Notes under the pieces: generated by a model
What the model was told of the DNA's origin: nothing
Databases searched by the model: none
The model's input: the letters and a program-made list of their open reading frames with translations, nothing else
Shown here: positions 18,207 through 25,726 of the stretch, piece after piece
How positions within the stretch are numbered: the first letter of the stretch is position 1
How the letters are laid out: the number at the start of each line of letters is the position of its first letter
From: Aciduliprofundum boonei T469
GTDB lineage: Archaea > Thermoplasmatota > Thermoplasmata > Thermoplasmatales > Aciduliprofundaceae
NCBI RefSeq assembly: GCF_000025665.1
Contig: NC_013926.1
Span: 660,001 to 692,000 of the forward strand
DNA length: 32,000 nt
Direction: 5' to 3'
Translations under genes and position numbers: made by a program

Positions 18207-18947
18207 CTACACCAGGACTATTCCATTTTTATCTACATTGTATCTGAATATACCCACCTTCTCGGGATGATTGCGGACCTTCTTCACAATTAGATATTTT
18301 TCGAATCCGTTCTCTATTCTCCTCATCTCCAATTCCAAAATTATATCGACTATTTCCTCTATTCCACTTTGCGAAGTTGTGTCGTAAACATTGTTGAGCA
18401 TAGTGATTAGGGCAACACCACCATAATACTGAGCGTGCGCTTTTATCGTTCTGAGAGCGGATATGACCTTTGTTCTATCATAATTGTTCATAAAGAAATC
18501 AAGGGAATCTATGACTATACGAAACGGAGGCTTTAATTTGGAAATCTCATATGTAACCTTGGTGAGAAAGTTTACCTCCTTTTCCTCCTTTTTTCTTGCT
18601 GGCTGAAATAACTCGTTTATGGGTATGCCCTCTTCCCTGTACCTGCTTATTATGAGTTCCTTCTCCAGAACCTTCTGGTAGTATTCAACACCTATATTCA
18701 CAATTTTTATATTGGTATCCCATCCAAAATCCCTCATTGTTGCTATTATATCCTCATCTCTCTCAATAGTGGTAAAGTATATCACATTCTCCTTGCCCAC
18801 ACCTGCAGCTGCAAATTGCTTGGCAAAGAGCTCAGTTCCAGAGCCTGGAGAACCGTAAAGAAGAATTGTGTAGCCCTTTGGAATTCCGTTCATAAGGGCC
18901 TTGTTGAGAGTTTCTATGCCCAGAGTTGTGGTTTCATATGCACTCAT
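18207..18947 (-). CDS. KaiC/RecA-superfamily protein with a degenerate Walker A (predicted pseudo-ATPase)
   Basis: It has the KaiC-like layout (GIETLNKALMNGIPKGYTILLYG...), but the P-loop reads GSPGSGTE (18831..18854) and lacks the invariant Lys. A Walker B-like RIVIDSLD is retained. The family MRGxxH motif is replaced by VRNHPE. Confidence 0.75.
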   Translation of the reverse strand: MSAYETTTLGIETLNKALMNGIPKGYTILLYGSPGSGTELFAKQFAAAGVGKENVIYFTTIERDEDIIATMRDFGWDTNIKIVNIGVEYYQKVLEKELIISRYREEGIPINELFQPARKKEEKEVNFLTKVTYEISKLKPPFRIVIDSLDFFMNNYDRTKVISALRTIKAHAQYYGGVALITMLNNVYDTTSQSGIEEIVDIILELEMRRIENGFEKYLIVKKVRNHPEKVGIFRYNVDKNGIVLV

Positions 18948-19519
18948 TTCTCCTCCCCTCCTGCATCGTAAGCATCATCGCATACTAAGTTGAGCATATT
19001 TATCATCTCTTCGCTATTCTGCTCTTTCATTGAAATTATAACCATGTAGGATTCCCAGCTGCGCAGAGAAGTCACAAATATGTGCAAAAACTCAGATAGA
19101 ATTTTCAAATCGTTGTGGATTGCCATGGAATTAACAGAATCCAAAACCACTATGGCTTTTTTATCGTTATATTTTCGCAGCAGGTATTCTATTTTTAACA
19201 TTACATTTTCCAGCATCGTGGGACTCTCAATGTACAGGAATTTATCGGACATCTCTCCGGCGTTGGCCATTAAGTGTGATATGGTATCCACGAAAAATAC
19301 GCGGGATGTATCCACGCCCAGAATCTCAAGCAGGCCAACTATGTTCTTAGAAGGAATGGTGGAGGAAATATAGAATACATACAAATCATCCTTGGTTGCA
19401 AATATGTCCACAATGGCACGGAGAGCATCAAAATAGGTGTTTACATCCACATATAGAGCCAAAGAAGAGGCAGGGGGTAATTCGCTTAGTTTATCAACAA
19501 TATTTGATGATACACTCAT
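18944..19519 (-). CDS. truncated KaiC-like domain protein without a P-loop
   Basis: 191 aa. There is no glycine-rich loop where Walker A is expected (SSLALYVDVNTYFDAL). It keeps the strand-DS Walker B-like AIVVLDSVNS and the FVDTIS strand. It is start/stop coupled to both neighbours. Confidence 0.6.
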   Translation of the reverse strand: MSVSSNIVDKLSELPPASSLALYVDVNTYFDALRAIVDIFATKDDLYVFYISSTIPSKNIVGLLEILGVDTSRVFFVDTISHLMANAGEMSDKFLYIESPTMLENVMLKIEYLLRKYNDKKAIVVLDSVNSMAIHNDLKILSEFLHIFVTSLRSWESYMVIISMKEQNSEEMINMLNLVCDDAYDAGGEEK

Positions 19520-20319
19520 TATCGCACCTCCACACTTCCGCCCTTGAGCAATGGGGCCAATAGTATTCCAATGGGGGTCAAGTCCAACACATATTTTGCC
19601 CTGGAGTGGGTGGTACCTCTCATTTTTATTACTTGAATTGTGCGCAGCAAATCTCCTCTCCTCTCTAAATTACCCATCAATATGATTCCGTCAGCAATTG
19701 CCTCTTCCACCCCGTATTGAGAATAGCCGGCTGCAGAGGGTAAGAGTTCAGAAACCAACAAGGTTGTACAGCCCATATCTGATAAGGCCTTTCCAAGTTG
19801 AAGGATGAACTCTCTAATCTGCTCTCTTGAAGTTAATCTATAGCATATGGAAGTTATGCTATCTATAACCAATCTTTTTATCCCGAGTTCTTTCACCATC
19901 TTTATTATCTGCTCTACCAGTATGTTTACATCTTCTAGGGTAAATTCTAATTTTTCAAGCCCCAGCTTCACATAAATCTCCTGCAAATCCACGAATATTA
20001 GCTTTTTCTCCTTAACTAAATTTTTATCAAAAAATTCGTAGGTACTCATATTCTCTATCAATTTCTCAGGAACTTCTGTCACGGATATGTACATTGATCT
20101 CTCACCCATAAGAGCCCCTCTGGTTAAGAATTCTAAGCTCAGAGTGGTTTTTCCCGTACCACAAGAGCCAGTTATTAGAATAGTATTACCCCTAGGAATT
20201 CCCCCATTCAATATATTATCCAATCCCTCGATTCCCGTTTTGCACCTCTCTCTCGTGATTATCATTACAGGATAGTAAATTCTTAACCCTATATCTAATT
20301 TTCTAAGTTGATATTTCAT
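19519..20319 (-). CDS. single-domain KaiC-like ATPase (intact motifs)
   Basis: TGIEGLDNILNGGIPRGNTILITGSCGTGKTTLS carries Walker A (20146..20169). Also present are YISVTEVPE, the Walker B RLVIDSITS and IKMRGTTHS. An internal M19 (MIITRERCKTGIEGLD) is an alternative start. Confidence 0.85.
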   Translation of the reverse strand: MKYQLRKLDIGLRIYYPVMIITRERCKTGIEGLDNILNGGIPRGNTILITGSCGTGKTTLSLEFLTRGALMGERSMYISVTEVPEKLIENMSTYEFFDKNLVKEKKLIFVDLQEIYVKLGLEKLEFTLEDVNILVEQIIKMVKELGIKRLVIDSITSICYRLTSREQIREFILQLGKALSDMGCTTLLVSELLPSAAGYSQYGVEEAIADGIILMGNLERRGDLLRTIQVIKMRGTTHSRAKYVLDLTPIGILLAPLLKGGSVEVR

Positions 20320-21536
20320 TTAAATTTGATGAATACAAATATCGCCACTGCTCCTGCCATGAGATATAGTGCTCCCGAGAGTATGAACAATACTGCTGGC
20401 TCTATATGATAAACATAGCCTCCTATTGCACTGAATATCATTGCTGCTATGTAAGAAAGGAATAAGAACACTCCAGTGTACCTGCCCCTGTTTTCTATAC
20501 CCACATAATCTGCAATTAGTCCATTGCTGGATGGCTGCATTATAGCTTGGGCTGAGCCCGTTAGTATTGCATAGGTGAATAAAGCTATGGTGGAGGGTAT
20601 GATAAAAATAAATATGGAGAGTGCAGCCAAGAAAATGCCGAGAGTGAAAAATTTCTCCTTACCCAAGATATCCGCCTTTTTGCCAACGGGTATGCCCACC
20701 ACAACCACTATGATTGTGATTAATCCCATGGCAATTCCGTAAATTAATGGAGAAGTGTAAGTGTAGGAGTATTTGACTATAAAATATCCAATCATGCCCC
20801 CAGCGGAGGATAAAAGCATATTGACTATAAGCAATCCCTTTGCTCTGGATTTTATCTTCCCTAAAACCTTAAAGCTTTCCAAAAATCTCTTCCTGTGCTC
20901 CTTTTTGACTTTCATAGTTTCTTTGAGTTTGAATCTTATTATGGCTGATACAAGAGATAGGGCAAAGAGGGCAAAGTATCCCACTCTCATCCCAGGGACT
21001 ACCCCATATCTGTAAATTAGAAATCCGCCGATTATGGGTCCAAATATTGCGGGAATCATAGATATGTTTGTTATTGCAAAACCTTCAGCCCTTCTATTTT
21101 CTGGGAGAGAATCCATCATTATGGAGAACAGTGCAGGTTGGTATAGTAAGGCTACATTTGAAATTATCAGTCCTAAAATGATCCATTGCCAAGATGGGGC
21201 AACTGCAAATATTAATGTTGAAAAAGCCATAACCGTTGTGAAAATAACTATCATTTTTCTCCTCCCATATGCATCTGCCAAGTATCCTCCGGGAATCTGA
21301 AGCAGGGCCATCATACCAAATGTTAGGGCTCCCATAAATCCTAAAATGAGGTCACTGGCACCAAGAGCAGAGAAGTAAATTCCGTTAAATCTCATAACTA
21401 CGCTGTGACCGAAATTGAGAAGAAGCCAAGTTATGAATAAAACTCCTATATTTCCCTTAAGTATTGTGCGAAGATCATTTACGAAGTTTTTGAGATGTAA
21501 TATGAAATTTCTGAAGTATCTCATTTGCATGCTCAT
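20316..21536 (-). CDS. MFS transporter
   Basis: About 12 TM segments with the motif-A-like GGYLADAYGRRKM loop. The tracked start at 21590 overlaps the divergent regulator gene, so I prefer one of the ATGs at 21536, 21530 or 21524. The stop overlaps the KaiC-like start (ATGA). Confidence 0.8.
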   Translation of the reverse strand: MSMQMRYFRNFILHLKNFVNDLRTILKGNIGVLFITWLLLNFGHSVVMRFNGIYFSALGASDLILGFMGALTFGMMALLQIPGGYLADAYGRRKMIVIFTTVMAFSTLIFAVAPSWQWIILGLIISNVALLYQPALFSIMMDSLPENRRAEGFAITNISMIPAIFGPIIGGFLIYRYGVVPGMRVGYFALFALSLVSAIIRFKLKETMKVKKEHRKRFLESFKVLGKIKSRAKGLLIVNMLLSSAGGMIGYFIVKYSYTYTSPLIYGIAMGLITIIVVVVGIPVGKKADILGKEKFFTLGIFLAALSIFIFIIPSTIALFTYAILTGSAQAIMQPSSNGLIADYVGIENRGRYTGVFLFLSYIAAMIFSAIGGYVYHIEPAVLFILSGALYLMAGAVAIFVFIKFK

Positions 21537-21598
21537 GCACAAGCTATTATTTATCCTTTTGGAAGCAAGTTTTAAATTTAATGCTCTCATGGATTTTT

Positions 21599-22273
21599 AT
21601 GGAACTTCGAGAGAAGATAGCAGGGGAAATAGTTTTATCTTCCAAACCCGGGGCTACTATGAGAAAGTGGAGGGAGATGTTTGGGATATCTCAGCAAGAG
21701 TTGGCAAGATATCTTGGGATGTCTTCATCTGTTATAAGCGATTATGAAAGTGGCAGGAGAAAATCTCCTGGAGTTGGGACAGTTAGAAAATTTGTCAATG
21801 CCCTCATAGAAATAGATGAAGCCAAGGGTGGGGAGAAGGTGAAACAGCTATCATCCACTTATGGGGAGGAAGCCATTTTGGATATGGGGGAGTTTCCTTA
21901 CCAAATAAGCGTGGAGGATTTTATGGATTTGATTGATGCTAAGATAACAAATGAGGGAGAGTTTAAAAGACAGATTTACGGTTATACGATTTTAGATAGT
22001 TTAAAGGCAATACTCCATTACAGCTCCTTTGACTATTTGAGAGTTTATGGATGGAGCATCGATAGGGCGTTGATATTTACGGGAGTGTATTATGGGCGCT
22101 CTCCCATGGTGGCCATTCGAGCTCATCCTCTGAAACCCAGTGCGGTTGTTTATGTCTCTCCTCGCAAGGTTGATGAGCTTGCTATAAAACTTGCAACTAT
22201 TGAAGATATCCCTCTTGCAGTTACTGAGCTCGATGTTAAAGAGATAAAGAAGAGGCTTAGGGAAATAGGCTGA
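21599..22273 (+). CDS. XRE-family HTH transcriptional regulator with an uncharacterised C-terminal domain
   Basis: MRKWREMFGISQQELARYLGMSSSVISDYESGRRKSPG is an HTH_3 motif. The roughly 150-aa C-terminal domain has no function I recognise. I chose the ATG at 21599 (MELREK...) over 21581. Confidence 0.75.
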   Translation: MELREKIAGEIVLSSKPGATMRKWREMFGISQQELARYLGMSSSVISDYESGRRKSPGVGTVRKFVNALIEIDEAKGGEKVKQLSSTYGEEAILDMGEFPYQISVEDFMDLIDAKITNEGEFKRQIYGYTILDSLKAILHYSSFDYLRVYGWSIDRALIFTGVYYGRSPMVAIRAHPLKPSAVVYVSPRKVDELAIKLATIEDIPLAVTELDVKEIKKRLREIG

Positions 22274-23753
22274 GCTCCTCTATATCCTTTGTTATATCTC
22301 CCCTGTCAATCTTTGTCTTTATCTCTTCAATGTAGTATGAAAACACATCGTCATGGGTGAATTTTTCAATGTTTATCATCTTCATGGCTTTTTTCACAGA
22401 AGTTGCTGAAGAGCCAGAAATGTGAAGCGCTTGATTTGCGCAGAGGTATTCTATTGCGATAATGTACTTCACATTTTCCACGATCTCTCTCAATTTTTGA
22501 GCTGCGTTCATGCCCATACTCACATGATCCTCCTGATTGGCACTGGTTGGTATACTATCTGTGCTAGCGGGATGCGCTAAAATCTTGTTTCTGTTGCATA
22601 GGGCTGCTGCAGTGTATTGGGGAATCATCAAGCCCGAATTTGTGCCGCTATTCTCTATTAAGAATGAAGGTAAATTGCTCAACTTTGAATCCACTAGCCT
22701 TGCTATTCTTCTCTCTGCCATATTACCGAGATCCGTTAGCGCAATTGATAAGAAATCCATAGCTAGGGCTATGGGCTCTCCATGGAAATTTCCTCCGGAT
22801 ATGGGCTCATCAAAGACCAATGGGTTATCAGTAGCAGAATTTATCTCTCTCTCCATTATAATCTTTACATAATCAAGGGTATCAAGCACGGCCCCGTAAA
22901 CCTGGGGCAAGCATCTGAGGGTATATGCATCTTGCACTCTCTCTTTTCTTGCCCTTTCCACGATTTTGCTATCTTTTAACAATTCTCTCATAATTTTTGC
23001 AATTTTTATCTGCCCGGGATGTGCTCTTGCTTTCATGATTCTATCATCCAATGCTTTATCAGTGCCTTTTAAAGCTTCAAAGCTCATTGCTGCGCTTAGA
23101 AGTGCATTTTTAATGAGATCGTATGAATCGTAAACGGCAATGCTTCCATAGGCGGCCATTACTGCTGTTCCATTTAAAAGTGCTAGCCCCTCTCTCTCCT
23201 CAAGCTTCAACGGCTCTAAACCAGCCAATTTTAGAGCTTCTGCTCCTTTCATCACATCTCCCTTATATTTTGCGTAACCCTCTCCGAGCATAACGAGGGC
23301 TATGTGGGCAAGGGGAGCTAAATCACCGCTGGCTCCAACACTGCCGAATTTTGGAACTAAGGGGATAATGTTTGAATTCAGCATTTCAACAAGCATTTTT
23401 ATTACTTCTAATCTCACCCCTGAGAAGCCCTTTAAAAGGCTATTTGCCCTGATGAGCATGGCGGCTCTTACAATTTCATCATCCATGTACCTACCCACGC
23501 CAGATGCATGACTTCTAACAAGGTTAATCTGCAACTCTCTCGCTTCATTCTTTGGTATTTTTACTTTTACTAACTCTCCTAATCCGGTGTTTATGCCATA
23601 TACCACTTTATCCTCTTTTAAGATTTTATCGATAACCTCTCTTGATTTTAGAACTTTTGGAATTGAGGACTCTGCGATTTTCACTCTATCTCCAAATCTT
23701 GCAACTTTAACAACATCATCAATTTTTAAATTCTCACCATCAATTTCAACCAT
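22257..23753 (-). CDS. hutH: histidine ammonia-lyase
   Basis: 498 aa. GSVGASGDLAPLAH carries the Ala-Ser-Gly MIO triad (23325..23333). NLVRSHASGVG has the Ser-His pair typical of histidine-specific enzymes (TAL has His-Leu, PAL has Phe-Leu). NGTAV, RCLPQV and QEDHVSMG blocks are also present. Confidence 0.9.
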   Translation of the reverse strand: MVEIDGENLKIDDVVKVARFGDRVKIAESSIPKVLKSREVIDKILKEDKVVYGINTGLGELVKVKIPKNEARELQINLVRSHASGVGRYMDDEIVRAAMLIRANSLLKGFSGVRLEVIKMLVEMLNSNIIPLVPKFGSVGASGDLAPLAHIALVMLGEGYAKYKGDVMKGAEALKLAGLEPLKLEEREGLALLNGTAVMAAYGSIAVYDSYDLIKNALLSAAMSFEALKGTDKALDDRIMKARAHPGQIKIAKIMRELLKDSKIVERARKERVQDAYTLRCLPQVYGAVLDTLDYVKIIMEREINSATDNPLVFDEPISGGNFHGEPIALAMDFLSIALTDLGNMAERRIARLVDSKLSNLPSFLIENSGTNSGLMIPQYTAAALCNRNKILAHPASTDSIPTSANQEDHVSMGMNAAQKLREIVENVKYIIAIEYLCANQALHISGSSATSVKKAMKMINIEKFTHDDVFSYYIEEIKTKIDRGDITKDIEELSLFP

Positions 23754-23783
23754 AAATGGAGAATGGAGGGCTTGTTAAAAAAT

Positions 23784-24398
23784 TTATTTCTTTGCCTTAA
23801 TTCTCTTTATCTCCAGATATATGACTATTCCCAGAGCGAATACAGTTGCAGCAGTGAGGAGATAATACTCGTATGGAACACTTTGGCTTTCCTCAACAGG
23901 GGGCGGGGGATAAACAACGTGATCGAGAAATATGAATTCTTGCTTGGAGATATCGGCTATACCTGCGTAGGCATTTACTGTATAATTGCCTGTTATATTT
24001 TCAAAGAAGGATCTTGGCACAAACCATGTCAATTGTGAAGTGTTTATTGTGTAGTTAACAATATGCGGTTTTTTTCCTAACATAACATACCCGAGGGGCT
24101 TAGAGCCGTTGTTGCTGACTAAGAAGCAGTGTACATAATATGAATCGCTGGTTATATTCACATCGTACTCCTTTATATATCCCTTCTGAGGAGCAACATT
24201 AATCATGCCCCAAACTACTATGGTAATCTTCACCGTTGTTGCATTCTCCCGTCCAAATACCTTTAATATGTCATAATCCACATATTTATCTGTGATTTTT
24301 GGAGAATTAACTTCAAAATTTATGGTGGATGCGGATGCCATTGGAAGAAAAAGTATGAGAAGGGCTCCTAAAATTACATAAATCGCTTTCATTTTCAT
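23784..24398 (-). CDS. secreted, C-terminally membrane-anchored protein rich in N-glycosylation sequons
   Basis: It has a signal peptide (MKMKAIYVILGALLILFLPMASAS), seven N-x-S/T sequons (NAT, NIT, NGS, NYT, NTS, NIT, NYT), a PPPP linker, and a C-terminal TM helix with a basic tail (LLTAATVFALGIVIYLEIKRIKAKK). I recognise no homology. Confidence 0.6.
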   Translation of the reverse strand: MKMKAIYVILGALLILFLPMASASTINFEVNSPKITDKYVDYDILKVFGRENATTVKITIVVWGMINVAPQKGYIKEYDVNITSDSYYVHCFLVSNNGSKPLGYVMLGKKPHIVNYTINTSQLTWFVPRSFFENITGNYTVNAYAGIADISKQEFIFLDHVVYPPPPVEESQSVPYEYYLLTAATVFALGIVIYLEIKRIKAKK

Positions 24399-25726
24399 CT
24401 ACTTACCGGTGCTATTTTTAGATTTTCAAATAGCATATCTGGCATAACACCATTGCCCATAACAACTATCTTTCTCTGCTCTCTGGATATATCTGCCACA
24501 TTTCCAAGGAGTGAATATACATTTCCCGATAGCATAAATACTGTGGAGCCAACGAGTTTACCATCTTCTATTTTGAATGCAGGGTTTGCCACCACTGAGA
24601 AATCACCGGTATCTGGATTGCTTGAATGCGCGCCTTGGAATCCTGAAATCAAGAAACCATCTTTTATCTCTCCTATGAGCTTCTCTTTTTCTTTATTCCC
24701 ACTTTCTATGACTAGATTATGCACTCCAATTCCAATACCTCCAGTGGAGAAATTTCTTGTACCGTTTCCAGTGCTACCCTCACCACTTATATTTCCCCAG
24801 TAGTTATCCCACAAAAATCCTTTGAAGATTCCTTTTTCGAATATTTTGTTCACTCTTGCGGCAACTCCTTCATCATCTGCTATTATCGGATTTGTACTTA
24901 TAGGATGCCAAGGATCATCGTATATCGTTATCTTCTCATCAAGAATTTTTTGCCCAACTTTATCGCTCAGGGGTGTGGTATTTTTAACCTTTCTCTCACC
25001 GTTTATGGCTGGAATTAAGGTGAAATACAAAAGCTCTGCCAGAGCCAATGGCTCTATTATTACATTTCCCTCCGTCTTATTGCTTTTTTTCATAGTATAA
25101 GCGTACTTTAATTTTTCTAGAATTGAAGAAACTATGAAATTCTTATCAAGGTTCATGTCTCTTCTAACATCAAAATCCATGATGCCTGGAGTAACGGAAT
25201 TTCCCATACGGCCTGCAACATAGAGATACATAAAGGTGGAGCCAAATTCTTGCATAATATCTATTCCGTGGGAATTTAAAATTCTCATCTCGAGCCAGGA
25301 GCCTCCAGCGGCACCGCCTGCCACCATTGCCCTCTTATCTCTAGTCCTAACATCCTTAATCGCATCGTTTAGAAGATTCACAAAGAAATCTGGACTTGCA
25401 TCTTTTATCTCGTAATTGCTCTCTATCTCTGGAGCATTGTATTTCTGTTCCTTGGGCAATTCTACCCATTTTTCGTCCCTCTCATTTGCCATAGCATTCT
25501 TGGCGGCTTGCTCAATTCCCCTCTTTATCTCTCCTTCATCATCGCTATCTACTATGAAAATTCCAATTTTTTTATCTTTAATTCCCCTTATCACTGTTAA
25601 TGCTCTATATCCTACGCTGGACATGGAAATCTGATTGAGCTCCACATCCACAGATACCTCCTTTCTTCTGTATTTTGCAATTTCGAGTTCATCAAAAAAT
25701 CTCTCTCCATAATTTATAAGATTCAT
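24395..25726 (-). CDS. pmbA: PmbA/TldE-family metalloprotease subunit (no HExxxH)
   Basis: It shows the PmbA_TldD layout, with a C-terminal GFQGAHSSNPDTGDFS and ENLKIAPV-type ending. It is coupled by ATGA overlaps to tldD upstream and to the glycoprotein gene downstream. Confidence 0.8.
   Translation of the reverse strand: MNLINYGERFFDELEIAKYRRKEVSVDVELNQISMSSVGYRALTVIRGIKDKKIGIFIVDSDDEGEIKRGIEQAAKNAMANERDEKWVELPKEQKYNAPEIESNYEIKDASPDFFVNLLNDAIKDVRTRDKRAMVAGGAAGGSWLEMRILNSHGIDIMQEFGSTFMYLYVAGRMGNSVTPGIMDFDVRRDMNLDKNFIVSSILEKLKYAYTMKKSNKTEGNVIIEPLALAELLYFTLIPAINGERKVKNTTPLSDKVGQKILDEKITIYDDPWHPISTNPIIADDEGVAARVNKIFEKGIFKGFLWDNYWGNISGEGSTGNGTRNFSTGGIGIGVHNLVIESGNKEKEKLIGEIKDGFLISGFQGAHSSNPDTGDFSVVANPAFKIEDGKLVGSTVFMLSGNVYSLLGNVADISREQRKIVVMGNGVMPDMLFENLKIAPVSR

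Noticed and set aside
17115-20319. Reading the KaiC-like/DUF763 module as an antiviral defence system
   Set aside because: I recognised no nuclease, toxin, methyltransferase, protease or other effector domain, and no flanking mobile-element signatures. The genes sit in line with tkt/tal housekeeping genes. A regulatory or nucleic-acid remodelling complex seems more defensible, although the HhH motif leaves the question open.
21537-21598. Overlapping divergent starts (MFS at 21590, regulator at 21581) as given by the ORF track
   Set aside because: A head-to-head overlap would leave no promoter. Internal ATGs (21536/21530/21524 for the MFS; 21599 for the regulator, MELREK...) free an AT-rich spacer containing a TATA-like gttttaaatttaat.
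22257-23753. Alternative assignment of the MIO enzyme as a tyrosine/phenylalanine ammonia-lyase or aminomutase
   Set aside because: The selectivity positions read Ser-His (LVRSHASG), as in histidine ammonia-lyases, rather than His-Leu or Phe-Leu. The length (498 aa) also fits HAL.
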